This document shows positions 49,842 to 62,450 of a stretch of DNA of 64,000 nt, piece after piece. Position 1 is the stretch's first letter. Each line of letters begins with the position of its first letter. Source of the DNA: Takakia lepidozioides. Lineage: Eukaryota; Plantae; Bryophyta. The notes beneath the pieces were generated by a model. The model made no database searches. It was not told where the DNA came from and saw only the letters and a program-made list of their open reading frames with translations. The stretch covers positions 13,206,001 through 13,270,000 of the forward strand of contig CM060731.1 in the NCBI GenBank assembly GCA_030704615.1, given 5' to 3'. The translations under genes were made by a program, and so were the position numbers.

Positions 49842-51046
49842 CACTACAACAAAAATGGGGGGGGGGGGGGGGGGGGGGGGGGGGTTGCGACGCTAGTCGC
49901 GCCCCCACGCCCCGCGCAGCGCTGAGCCTGCGACGCCGACCCCGCGACGCCTTTTTGCGACGCCCAACCGTCGCAAGGTGGCATGAAGGGGAAAGGGGGC
50001 CCCGTTGCAACAGATTTTTTTTTCTTGCGACACCCCGACATCGCAATACCATTTTTATTTTATTTTATTTGGACGTTGTGACCCTCAACGTCACAATTAT
50101 TATTATTATTTTGGGCTTTGCGGCCCTCAAACACACAAAAGCGTCGTTGGGGCACCCCGCTGCGACACCAGGGGGTCGCAACAATGTTGTAGTTAGTTTA
50201 GGTCGTTACAAGGATGTCGCTTGGGACGTTTGGCAGTGGGGCTGCAACAACGGCGACAACGCTGGGACTGGGGTTGGGGCTGGGGCTGGGGCTGGGGCTA
50301 GGCACTAAGGCTATGGAGGTTGCAAATCCCCGGCGTCACAAGAGGGACCCTCTTAGAAGGAACTTGAAAGAAATCTTGATATGTATATATATTTAGAGAC
50401 AACCAGTATGTAGCCCAGTGGTAATGGACACATACCACGTTGGATGTGGTTGTGGGTTCAAACCACGGTCTGGTGTGTCATGAAGGTGTCCACCTTTCAG
50501 CTGGAATGCAATAGCCCTTGTGGTGAAGAGACATCATAAGTTACGCTCCATTCGGGAGGCGTCATTTTTTTTTACTTTTTTATATATTTAGATTGCTTTT
50601 GTGATACATAGATATATCGTAGGTGTGTTAATTAGTCTGTAGTATCTTAGAAATGTTATAACGTGGAGGTCATGGGTTCAAGTATGCATTGCTTGTAGAA
50701 CAATGAACATATCGCCATTGGACAGAACCGGAGTCAATGGTCAACAAGTTTTTGAAATTCAAAATTTCCACCTGAATTCAAATGTACCCCCTTAAACTGC
50801 GACGTCCGGGCGTGGCACTTTGCGGCCCCTGGACGTTGCTAATTCGGCATTGCAGAGTAGGATTGGTTTTTTTTTTTTTTTTTTTTGGTTGCAACGCCTG
50901 GGTGTCGCAAGTCGCCCCGACGTCACAAATTTGCGACCTCCATTGGTCGCAAATTTGCGACGTTTTTTTGGCGACCCCGTTGCGACGGGCGTTGAAAATT
51001 TGGCCCCTCCCCCCTGCCCGAAAATGGTTGTTTTGCGACGTTGTTT
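49842..51046. mobile_element. Non-autonomous CACTA-like element (right end damaged)
   Basis: CACTACAACAAAAATGGG at 49842. Dense TGCGAC/GTCGCA subterminal repeats at 49885-50340 and 50797-51040. Imperfect TGTTGTAGTT at about 50185 is an alternative end. Confidence 0.7.
50398..50580 (+). mobile_element. tRNA-derived SINE (family A, copy 2)
   Basis: A and B boxes, T-rich tail. 12-bp TSD TATATATTTAGA at 50386-50397 and 50581-50592. Empty-site paralogue at 63812-64000. Confidence 0.88.
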
Positions 51047-51491
51047 TGTGACTGGCTCACTCCTTCCATCGATGTTGCCTTATCAACGAACATGTCTCTA
51101 TTCTCTAGCAAGGAACAACTAGACCCGTACGTGATCTGACTCATAAACCACAGGATTCACAGACTCGAACCTGGCTCTGATTCCAAATATTACAATCCTC
51201 TATCTCAAATCTTGTCATGTCCCACTGGTTTACTCTATGTCAAACTATACTGTGCACAGTACTGGAAACCATCTAGTCCTCCCAACCACCTCACCGTGCA
51301 TCTATCTCCTATCAGTCCCCGTCTCGGAAATCTAAGTATCAAACTATCACAAGAGGCACTGACTGATTGTATCCTTCTCACTGCTATGCAATCAGATCTC
51401 TGCACACGCTTCCCAATCTCTCCGAAATAGGGGTTTATATATCAATCCAGCACGTCCATTAATGACTGCCTAGTCATCTTTTCTTGTCACA
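51047..51491 (+). repeat. Solo-LTR-like element
   Basis: TGTGAC...GTCACA termini, 445 bp. Flanks TGTTT and GTTCT do not form a perfect TSD. Confidence 0.65.
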
Positions 51492-52499
51492 GTTCTATTC
51501 TCATCATATCTTTTTCTATTACAGGTAACCCCCTCTTTTCTCTGCTTGGACAATGCTCCATCTATTCTTGGTATGTTGCATGGCAGTGCTCCGTTTATAT
51601 CCTTATCTCAAAGCTGTCACAAGTCCAAATAAACCCAGAGACGTTATATCACGTGGCTTGCCTTGGAAGGGTATTTGGGAAGATATTTGGAAGAAAGATA
51701 GAGCGATGAAAGTCTCTGCTTCCTCTAGAAAGTGGCAAACAGATTTCTCCCTGTTTTTCGGTTCATTTCAGAGAACTTGGGGGTCTGTTCATGTTGTCAC
51801 AACAGATCATCTGAAATGATTGAACACTGCATTCTTCTTTGCACAGCTCCCTTCCTGGTTTGGAAGATGGTTCTTCATTTCTATTCTGCCTGGAATCCCA
51901 ACTGCTCCACTCTTCCTTCTCTTTTGCTTTTGAATGTTTCCTCTCTTGTTATTTGGAGCACTGTCCAGTGTGCGCAGCCCTTCATGCTCACACATTATGG
52001 AACATCTGTTCCAGCTCGATCTATGATGGGAAGTCTCCATGTGCTCGGGTTATTTTGCATAGAATTCACTCAGATCTTCTGTCTGAAGCCAGGAAAGCCT
52101 GGTCTATGATCTGTGCAGCTGTTCCTAGATGCTCACAAGGAAGGATGATGCAACTATTCACTACTATTGACAACACCTAGGCTAAGGGCGGCAAGCTCTG
52201 CTCTAGATCCTCTGGATGAATGGCGAATTGGATTGGATGAATGTAGGATGAATGCTCGATGAAAAATGAGGGATGAATGAACCATGGATGACTGTAATAA
52301 GATTGATTGTGAAACAACATGAACGACGTTGAATGAAGTGTGGCCATCCACCAGTTCAAAGTTATACAGATTTGCCTCACGTATTTTGAGAGTGCAGTCC
52401 CCATCTTCATTGGCCACATGGCTGGAATTTGAGGTTTGCTTATCACCGACTCAAGAATACTCCCCATCACGCAACGCTTCATGTCATCAGGACAGAACC

Positions 52500-53468
52500 A
52501 GAACTTGTGAGGTCTGGCTTCTCGCGCACTATAATGCTTGAACAATCTTGTGAAAGTCGGGGCAGGAGTCCCGCCAGGGGCTCCACAAACCATAGAGGTG
52601 CACTTGACAAATGAGGCTGCCCTGATAGCGGAACATTTCACTTTTGATCCTTGGGATCCGAGAAGTTGTCCCTATCGTGGAATTGAGCAGGCCATCAACG
52701 AAGCAATGGACTTATACCGCAAAAACGTTGTCACAGCGTTCACCAAAAAACTTCGCATAGCTGATCCTAGTCTCGGTGCAGGATTCTTGGACCAGGTGTG
52801 GCTCCATTGGAACAAGAGTGGCAAGCCTGGAACTCTGACCTTGTCCTCCGTCAAGCAAACAACTTTCATTTCATGGGGCCTTTCAGCGATGTCGACTGGG
52901 ACAAGTGGCTCCATAAAGCGACATTTTGGTGCCAGGTGCAGAAGTCATCCTGCCTTTGTCCTCGCAATAACTTGCATCGAAATTACAATTGTTTGTAAAC
53001 GCATCATAACATAAGCTTTTGTCTTGGGAGCTGGAGGAGAGGGGTTTGGAAATTATCGAGCAAACTCTTCATGACTTCAAAATCGAGGTGGCTGAACCCG
53101 ATGAATCTTTCGGCACTTTCATACAAAGGTGGAAAGAGATTGTTTGGAAGTATGCCTTCTTCCGTGAATTCGTAGTAGAGGGGGGAACGCGCTCTAACAT
53201 GTTCAATGCACAGTACAATGGGGAGCAGGCAACGAAGCCAGCCATTTATAGGTTAGAATGGAACTGCATTCCCATTTGCATTTGCTTCCTTTTAGACCCG
53301 ATTGCACACTATGTTCAGGCTTGCGTTAACGCAAGCCTGATTACAGTATTTGATGTGGCTACATACCCTGGTATCACAGACGTTTCTGTACACACATTGT
53401 GGCTTTCTTGGATTTGCACAAGTGCACAGAGTGTAGGAAAGGGGACTAGTTCCAGAGCAGGTAGAGTG

Positions 53469-53502
<34 letters not shown>

Positions 53503-53587
53503 TAAAACAAAAGGGGGCTGGTTTCAGACCAGTGTTCAGGCTTGGGTTAACGCAAGCCTGACTAAGAGAGCGTTTTTTTTTTTTTTT

Positions 53588-53618
<31 letters not shown>

Positions 53619-54691
53619 TGTGGTTGGTATTTCGGAAAGGGGACTGGTTTCAGACCAGGGTTCGGGCTTGCGTTAATGCAAGCCTGACCAAGAGTGTAAT
53701 TTTATGTAATCTTTCTGGAGTCTTGGGAGTCTTGGGATGTAAGATGTGGGGTTTGCCTTTTCCTTGGATTGGGGAAAGAGTGTAGGAAAGGGGACTGGTT
53801 TCAGACTAGGGTTCAGGCTTGCGTTAACGCAAGCCTAACCAAGATTGTAATTTTATGTAATATTTCCACCACGTATTCATGCTTGCGTATTCATGCAACA
53901 TGCGTATTCATGATTGCGTTGACGAAAGCATGAATACGGACAGTGGGCAGTATGGTTGAACGGGGAGAAGAAACCCTTTGCATGCGAGCTCGTATTTGTG
54001 GATATTCCCGACGAGCTTTCAATCCCCGACGTTCCTCCGATGGGTGTGACTCCTGCTTGGAATGCATGGGACGACCGTTACTGGCCTTGGGTCTTTAGAT
54101 TCTGTGGGCACTTCTTGGCTGACAATGGCTGTCTGCTCATCCTCCAAGCAGCCAATTCGAAGTGTCGGCACTAGCTCGCCAATTTTCTCAAGTCGGATGG
54201 AATGAAGGTGATTAAAAGTTGGAATGGGGTTAGCAGCTTGCCACACAAAAAGGGGGGCTTCCCAAGCCAGAAGGTAGATTCTCATTTCGTTGTTTGTTTT
54301 CAACCCTCCAGAAATTTCACTACGGTTTTGACTCGTCTGTTTTTCGTTTTTTCCTGTCCTTCTCCCGTACCATCCTTGCGTTGCCGCAAGCATGGTGCAA
54401 GTGTTCCCGTTAGTCTTTCCCCGGCCCTGGCTTCGGTGCCCACTCCAGTGTCTTCCCTGTTTTAATTGCCAAGACTCGTGCTTTCGACGCGCACTGTCTT
54501 GTAAGAGAACGCCACCCATCCACACCATCTTCCGTGAATGAGTTCAAAGTCTTGAAGGGGGGGGGGGGCATGTTGACTCCTCCTGCGATCCGGTGGATGA
54601 TGATTTCATCTACAACTACGTGGATGCATCACTTACAGTGATGCGGACATCCGGAGAGCCATGGAGAGGTGCACAGGAGAAGAGTCCGGCC
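52500..54691 (+). pseudogene. Degenerate intron-containing gene ending in a putative beta-class N6A/N4C amino-methyltransferase-like domain, cut by a CACTA
   Basis: CELVFVDIPD...PAWN...W.FRFCGHFLADNGCLLI...MKVIKSWNG; intron from about 54274; TRAFDAHCLVR...DDDFIYNY...GEPWRGAQEKSP, then CACTA at 54692. Confidence 0.45.
53315..53938. repeat. Array of 26-bp palindromes in diverged tandem units
   Basis: TCAGGCTTGCGTTAACGCAAGCCTGA at 53315 (perfect), 53536, 53662 and 53813 (1-2 mismatches), separated by TA, poly-T/G and unique tracts. Confidence 0.9.
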
Positions 54692-57600
54692 CACTAGTAA
54701 AAAATCCGGCTTTTAGGTCTGCTATTTTCCAGTCGTATCAGCCTTTTATGACTGCATGACTGCCCAGTCAGATAAACCCAATCAGTTGTGACAAATGAGT
54801 CGTAAGCGCCATAGAGTCGTATCTGCCAGTCGTGGAGCTCACTGTTGACGTGGCAACGAGGACACCTAATCATAGTCATTGATAAGACCGTAATAATTGA
54901 CTGCGAATCCATGTCAGCTTCACGTGGAACGGAAGGGATATGCCACGTGTCACGACAAAGGGAAGGTGACAAGGTCTTCACGACTGGCATATACGACTTT
55001 GGAGGATTAATCCTAGGACAGCATGTGGAGAATACCGGGAAGGACACGTGGCACGACAGGGTGACATCCGCAGATTAACCCCCAGGACACCACGTGGATT
55101 AGACTGGACATGACGCGTGGGGTGACAGGGTGAGGGAGAGGGGGTCTTCCAAGACTGGTATGTATGACTCCCACCGACTAACCCCAGTGCCACACGTGGC
55201 GCAAATGGGACATGACACGTGCTAGGACAATGGGCTTCGGGAGGGGCTTTCGTGACTGGCATGTATGACTTCGGACATTTAATGCCAGGTCCACACGTGG
55301 AGTCAAATTACGCAGGGTGGGGGTGGTCGTTATGACTGGAACATATGACTTCTATGGTGCTCTGTGGAGTCTGGATATAGCACGTGGCACGCGTATGGGC
55401 GAACACGAGGGGGTTAAAGTGGCACGTGCCAGAGGCTCTGTGGATGGGAGGTAGTCCTATACATGAGCGTAGTCCTGGGCCTGACTCTAGCAGCATTGAA
55501 ACATAAAGCACCATTCAAAGCGAAAACACCATTGAAACATGAAAGCACACTTCAAATTGGAGCATCAGTTCAAATACAACGTGAGTTAATGATCTGAGAT
55601 CATTTCCATAATCTAATCTGGTGCCGCTACAAAATGCACAAAGCTGCAAAGTCTAAGTAGACTTCCAAATGCCTGAGCAGAAGATGTATACACTGGCATC
55701 TCTCGGACTGGTGCAATCCTAACACATGGCAGATGATGCACTCAAAAATTGGGGCAGTCAAATGCTCATCACTTCACTTTCTGGATTTTCACAAACTTGT
55801 CACTCCAAACTGTAACATGATCTAGAGTGTCTCCCAACTCTGTGTGCGCTGGCTTCATGGACTTGTTGTGATACGGTAGAGGGGCATTGGTAAGTGTCAC
55901 CTGTGTGATCATGATGGCCACATACCCCTCAGGCACCATAGGGTATCTGGCACTCGCTGAAGAGCCTTGTAGACCAACAATGTGGCCAGATGCTGCTGTT
56001 GCCCTCGAAACCGTGTCGATAAGCCGGACTTGGTCACCCACCTTCAACTGCCATCCACCCCGAAAACCCCAGAAGATACATGAGCAAGCTTTCTGGCAAA
56101 AATCAAAGCTATAACAACATATACATATGTGAAACAAACAAATATCGCTAAGAATATGTGTAGGCACGATTAGACAAACTGTATGTGTGCAAATTTGAAA
56201 ATTGCAGGTAGGTAGGGAACCTTTACCCCATTCTGGCAGTTGAGGACTGGAGTTTTGGGAGTTGTCTTGCTGTCAGGTAGCGCGGTGGCTGCCCCTTCAA
56301 CTGCCGCAGATTGTGAATGGCCAGGTACCTGCACATAGGAACATATGCTCCACACATTGGACTGGGTTCCACAAGTACCACTCGCAAATGGGTTGGCGAT
56401 AAGCCAATGCAGATTGCATGGGGCAGTGGATTAATCTTACTTGCAATGCCTTGTGGCCAGAGACTTGCGTAATCCCGGCAGGCACCTGCACAAACAAAGC
56501 ATACTGCACGATGAGTGGTAGCGGAGATACACCGAGCTATGAGCAGGTTATAGCCATACTGCTTGCTATGCTGGCAGCATACTCCCCTACAACTAAAGCT
56601 ACACACAACTTAAACTAAAAGTAGACAAAAGCTAAACTAGACAGAGCTACACACAAACTAAAACTAAAACTAGACAAATGATAAACTAGACAGAGCTACA
56701 CACCTAGCATTCCACACTGACACACAAGATTAGGCCGGCCACGGAAAATCCACTCCACAACAGGTTGGAAGTTGCGAAGTGTCATGCAAGACCACACTGC
56801 CACCTCAAAGTGCGCAAAACACTTTTTCAAAAAATCAATGCAGCCAGGCCTCATCAACACCATTTTACTGCCACAGGTTCTGCCAACAAAGCCATCTGGA
56901 ATATACCCTTCAACACTACCAACATGTACGCACTCACAAAGCAAGCCATTTACATCTAGAATCAGTAAATGTTTTGCACTGGTCGGATCTCTGTCCTTCT
57001 TCTTCAACAAATAATGGGGAGTGGTAGGGACAACCCGAGGGGAACCAAGATCAATTGCACAATCATCCCCCTTCATGCCCAGTGATTCTCCAACTGCCTC
57101 TGAATCAAGGCATGCTACTTTTGACATGGGATCCATGAAGCCAGACACAGGTACGGGATCCTTCAGCATGCCAGGTAATTTGTCTGCGTCCTCATCTCCC
57201 GTGCCATCGCAGGGGGATTTGCCCACCTGCAATTGATCATGACAGACACGGGGGGGAGACAACACTTATGGAACTGCAGGGGGTGTCTCGAAGTTGTCCT
57301 CTAGGCGCCTGGATGTGCGAGCTGCGTCTATGCACTCGCTAGCTGCTGCAGATGTCCCCACAGCCGGAGACACTGATATAGAGATGCCAAACTTGTTGGC
57401 TATCGCTTTTTGGTAAAGCATCATCTGCGAGACACAAGCCTTCAAATCGATGATGTCTTCTTGCTGACTTGTGGTTTCTCTTCCTAGCTCCTCGACTTTG
57501 CGCACGATACTACAATAGTCCTCACTTGCCGCCTGCCAACAACAGCACTATTGAATGAGAAAAAAAAATATCACCACAACCACGATGTTGCATGCAAATA

Positions 57601-57880
57601 AATGTTGTCATGAAGTGGAGGTTTAAAGGAATCTTGTGCAATCGAATGGACCCGCTCACACATCCTAATGGGTGCACACCACTGACACATGCAGACTCAT
57701 TTGCAACTGAGTTGAGATTTACAAACAACTCACCATTCTCTCTGATGTCATTGTTTTGCTCACATACAACTCTTGGATTTCTTGCAGCTCGACTGATCGC
57801 CCGCAATGGGCTTCCTGCAAATCAGCCAGCAAAGTCAAAATGCAGCCACGTACTGAATGACAATTTACTAACATGACATG
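54692..57880. mobile_element. CACTA element, left end and TnpA-like gene (other end not identified in the window)
   Basis: CACTAGTAAAAAATCCGGC at 54692. Subterminal CACGTG/GACTGGCAT repeats at 54740-55450. Confidence 0.8.
55769..57505 (-). pseudogene. CACTA TnpA-like exons with in-frame FCP1/NIF-type HAD phosphatase fragment
   Basis: TNP1-like last exon (VGDQVRL...ASGHIVG...APLPY...LGDTLDHVTVW) homologous to 8277-8522. KHLLILDVNGLL...RPGCIDFLKKCFAHFEVAVWS in 56696-57265. Confidence 0.75.
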
Positions 57881-59399
57881 ATATAACATCCTGAGACAAT
57901 GAAAGCCTTCACGCAATGACACAAACCTACCATATCAGACTTGCAAGATGTCTAGGAGCATTCAAAAACCACCTAGACAGAGAGAGACCCTCTCATTTGG
58001 TACAAGGCACTCTCTTTTCTTCTTGGGTGCATGCCTTATCCTGTCCCATAACACTAGACGAGAAACCGGCTTTTTCCACGGCTTTTCCCACACTTTTTTC
58101 TGTGGAATCAGCCGCAGTCCACACCTGCCGTGGGTGTAAGAAATGACTAGTGCTTTCGGACACCCCGTGGACGGCCTGGCTCTCGGGTGGCCCTGTGGAA
58201 AAGTCCACGGGAGGCTTTTTCCATGGGTGGGTTTTTTCACGGGGTGCATGGTGACATGACCGCTGACATGGCCGATAGCATAGTTGACATGGCAGAGTGT
58301 GAAAAAGGCCAGTGTGGCATGTTTCACGACGGATTTCACACCTTAAACAAGCCACTATGCGACACGTGTCATATTTCACACCTTCGACAAGTCATTATGC
58401 AACACGTGTTCGTTCCTGTGTGGTGGTACGCATTAATTAATTATTAATTGATTTCCAATATTAAGTTTGAATATTAATGGATTTAATTTATTGTTATTAT
58501 TATGATGATGATTATTATTATTATAGGAAAAATGGACAGTGGCCTTGATGAGAACATTATTAAATAATAAAATATTGAAATTATGTTTTTAAAAATTATA
58601 TTTATTCTCTCAGATACCAAAACACACCCTTTGCAGGGAATGAGAGTTTGCCTTAGTGTCTATGCTGAGTTGCGTCTCCTACTCTCTGTAATCTAATAGA
58701 CATTCACCTTTTTCCCTCGGTTGTCCCACCCTTGACTGGGGTCAGAAAAGCATTCATTCCACAGCTTCTCCTCATCTCTGTTACATGTTTCTGGATACTT
58801 TCCTATTGTCACTTTGGCAGTATCATCACTCCAAACTATGTACTATCTACCCATGCAGGTTTCGTGTAGCTATCCTTCCACAGGGAATCAAAAGTAATGT
58901 GGAGCTTGAAATCTGGCCCTCTTGGATGACACTCTATCCCTGCTCCTTCAGCTATCCATGCCTCTGCACAGATCATGCATACATCCTTGCATTGTTGTTA
59001 GCAGCTGACGATGGCAACCTAGATTTGTTCCAACAAACACCCAACTCAACTTATCACACTAGTTCTTATTCTCAATTGCATCTACCACTCTGTAATCCAA
59101 AGGCATTTACCTTCCAAGACGGTTGTCCCACCATTGACTGGGGTCAGAAAAGTATTAATTCCACAGCTTCTCCTCTCTGTTACCTATTTTTGGATACTTT
59201 CCTATTGTCACTTTGGCAGTATCATGTCAAAGTCACTCCAAACTATCAAAGGTTCACTCAACCAGCTAACTTGCAGAATTCTTAAAACATGAAAATTTAG
59301 GGCAATTCTGATAAGAGGGGAAAACAAAGTGAAATGTGTTGAAGAAGGTGCCTTGATTAGCATTGCCTGATTTTATCAATTGTGCCGCTGCTGCTGCGG

Positions 59400-60195
59400 C
59401 TTCCTGTTGACCATCTACCCATGCAGGTTTCTTGGAGCTATTTTTCCCCAGGGAATCACCCCTTCCCGCATCATTGCTCATTGGTCTCCAAAGCCTCCAT
59501 CCACGCCTTTCTGTGCATATCCTGCAATCATCGCACTCCACGACACCACATCTCGTTCAGCCATACTGTTGAACACTTCCTTTGCATCCTCGATGCACCC
59601 ACATTTGGCATACATGTAGTTGCTCATAGGTAGCCAAAGCATTCCTACCACACCCATGTTAAATCCTACCAACATTATATTCAACGTGATCAAAGTTTGT
59701 TGAGGCATTCCGTTGAACACTCGGTGTGCATTCATGATGCTCCTGCACTTAACATACATGTTCACAAGGGTATTGAGGAGAACACTTGGCGTGAATCCAC
59801 TTTGGATAATGTGAGTGTGCACCTGCTTTCCAGCTTCCAGACCCTTCAATTTGATGCACTTAAGCAAGAGACAGACATACATATCTAAATCTGCTGAAAT
59901 GCTCATTGGTTTAAAGGTTGTAAAGCCTCTTTCAGTCTGCCTGCCTCACAAAGCATCTTCACATGCCCAGAAGAGCCAGAAGAGGCATTATGGACTCCCT
60001 CTCTTGATCCTCTTTTAGAAGTTGTGGTCATGGTTGAGGTGCCTGATTTAAATCAGGGCTGCCAGGCCTGCAACGCACACAAACATGATGTGGCCGGGCT
60101 GAACCCCTTCCCCCATCATTTGCTCATAGGTCTCCAAAGCCTCCATCCCACGTCCTTGTTGTGCATACCCTGCAAGCATCGCACTCCACGACACC
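59400..60195 (-). pseudogene. Captured PLS-class PPR gene fragments
   Basis: LEAGKQVHTHIIQSG...NTLVNMYVKC.S..NAHRVFNGM; MYAKCGCIEDAKEVFNSMAERDVVSWSAMIAGYAQ. Confidence 0.9.
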
Positions 60196-61175
60196 CATGA
60201 AATAGTAGGCACATTTCATACGACAGTTAAGAGAATACATGTGTAACCGTGACAATAGCGTCCACCTACTATTCAGGCCTTAATACTCATTGACCGCACC
60301 CAAGGGGAGAACATCATGTGTCCCACCCGAGGAGAGAACCTCAACCAGGATGGATTAACCATGGCCTATAAGACACTACAAAGACATGCAACAGATGAAC
60401 AGTCCATGCACCAAGCACATAACTGCACTTCACTTACATTGAAAAAAGAAAAATATACAGCAGATATACTCAGCAAGGGTGGTTTCTTCAGCCAGTAGTC
60501 TTTGCTCCAGCCCACCACTACATGGTATCTTCTCCTTCTGCTGCCTCGCAACACATTCTGCAAGCAACAAATAGACCAGCCAAATGTGAGTGAGTCTCCG
60601 AGCTGGTAGAAATAAGACCTACATGCCATAGAGTTCAAACAAGTCCCAAGGCACCTACCAAAAGTCATGAGAAAAATGGCCCAACAACGTGGGTGGACAT
60701 TCAGCGCACAAACCGGCAGCCTGCTGTTATGCTGTCCACATGACAAGGTCTGGCACTCCATTCCACCAACAACTTCATCCCAGTAGCTAAAACCAGCAAT
60801 ATCCCCTTCTGAAAATGTGCCACCAACATGTATGGCTTCTCCATTTTGGGCCCTTCTCACTCCCCCTGCAGTCTCCCATCCATGCAGGGGGGCGGACATG
60901 AAGCTCAACCTCCCAGAAAATACGAGAATTGCACAAGAATTGCGTGCACAATTGCTGAGCCCACAGATGACACGCCATCGCAATTGGAGACCTCCAATGT
61001 CACCTGCTTAAATCCACCCCCACCCCCACCCCCACCCTTCCTTTGTGTCAGCCTCACAAAGCCCTTAATAAAAATCAAGGAACCAAAGAGACATCTAGTA
61101 TGTGAAAACATAGCCCTTCATATACGTCTGAGGCTGAACAAAGCATTCCTCGCGTGAACAAAGCCCTAATATACT

Positions 61176-61600
61176 TCAGATTGTAATAGGCAGTTCTGGG
61201 GAATGTGATACCTCATTCCAGGAACTACACGTCCTCATCATCACTTGATTCTGTATCTTCACCGAAACTGTTCTCGTGGGACATGGATGACCTTCCTCAG
61301 ATCCCATGTCTCTGTATAGTGAAGCAACATCTTCAGGTGTCACTTGGATGGTCTGCCCCAAACTGTTTCCAGCAACATTGGTCTCTTCAATTTGATCAGG
61401 GGCTAAGAGGCTTGACACACTCGCAATATCATCGTTGCAAATGCTGACATCGCTGACCACCCTGCGTGACCGGGGGCTTTTTTCCAGCACCACATTCCAC
61501 CTCAGTTCATTGAAACATTCAGAGAAAAAAACCTGATCGACCTGTGATGGCAGCACAAAAGGCTGTTCACGAGGAGGCAACAGGTGGGATTCAACCAATA
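61176..61600 (-). pseudogene. CACTA transposase C-terminal (DUF4216-like) fragment from another CACTA
   Basis: EQPFVLPSQVDQVFF...WNVVLEKSPRSRRVV, homologous to 16070-16519. Confidence 0.8.
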
Positions 61601-61814
61601 ACTTTGTCCAAAGGAAACTTCACACGTGAAATCCTTTCTATTCCCCTGCACGAAGAGCCTATGAAAAATTTCCAAGCGCTTTGGCCTAATTTGCAAGCAG
61701 AAAGAGCAAACAAGAGCAAGAAATATTTTCTCTCCGTTTGAAATCACATGACATTGTAGCATGGCTTGTACGCAGTTCTTGATAGTCTGGGCCCTCACAT
61801 CCGCAATGTCAAAC

Positions 61815-62450
61815 TCTCGTTCAGCCATAGTGTTGAACACTCCCTTTGCATCCTCGATGCACCCACATTTTGCATACATGCCCACTAGGGTATTGTTCAA
61901 AATGACATTTGGTACAATTGCAGTTCTGAAGGTGTCACCATGGACCTCCTTCCCCTTTTCCAGAGCTGCCAGGGCAGTGTTTCGAATGACATTAGGGACA
62001 ATTCCAGCTTTGATGATATCCCCATGCACCTCTTTGCCCTTCTCCAGGGCTGCTAGGCCTGCAATGCATACAAACATGATGTGGCCGGGCTGAACCCCTT
62101 CCCCCATCATTTGCTCCATAGGTCTCCAAAGCCTCCATCCCACGTCCCTGCTGTGCATACCCTGCAAGCATCGCACTCCACGACACCACATCTCGTTCAG
62201 CCATAGAGTTGAACACTCCCTTTGCATCCTCGATGCACCCACATTTTGCATACATGTCCACTAGGGTATTGTTCAAAATGACATTTGGTACAATTGCAGC
62301 TCTGAAGGTGTCACCATGGACCTCCTTCCCCTTTTGCGTGCTTCTCCTCGTCTCATCTCCTCCTCCTCTCCTCCTTCCCGCATCATTTGCTCAATGCCTC
62401 CATCCCACGCCCCTTCATATCCTGCGATCATCGCGTTCCATCCCTCGGCT
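61815..62450 (-). pseudogene. Captured PLS-class PPR gene fragments, internally duplicated
   Basis: ALEKGKEVHGDIIKAGIVPNVI...NTLVGMYAKCGCIEDAKGVFN.MAERDVVSWSAMLAGYAQQGRGMEAL. Confidence 0.9.

Noticed and set aside
51840-52250. ParB-like domain upstream of the MTase-like region (IYDGK...)
   Set aside because: Only a DG dipeptide resembles the DGxHR motif; too degenerate to support.
53315-53838. CRISPR-like array (palindromic repeats with variable spacers)
   Set aside because: Spacers are 100-200 bp, unequal and partly homologous. There are no cas genes and the context is eukaryotic and intronic.
59400-62450. Functional PPR/DYW editing gene
   Set aside because: Fragmented and frameshifted, with no E or DYW domain seen, and enclosed by CACTA TIRs.
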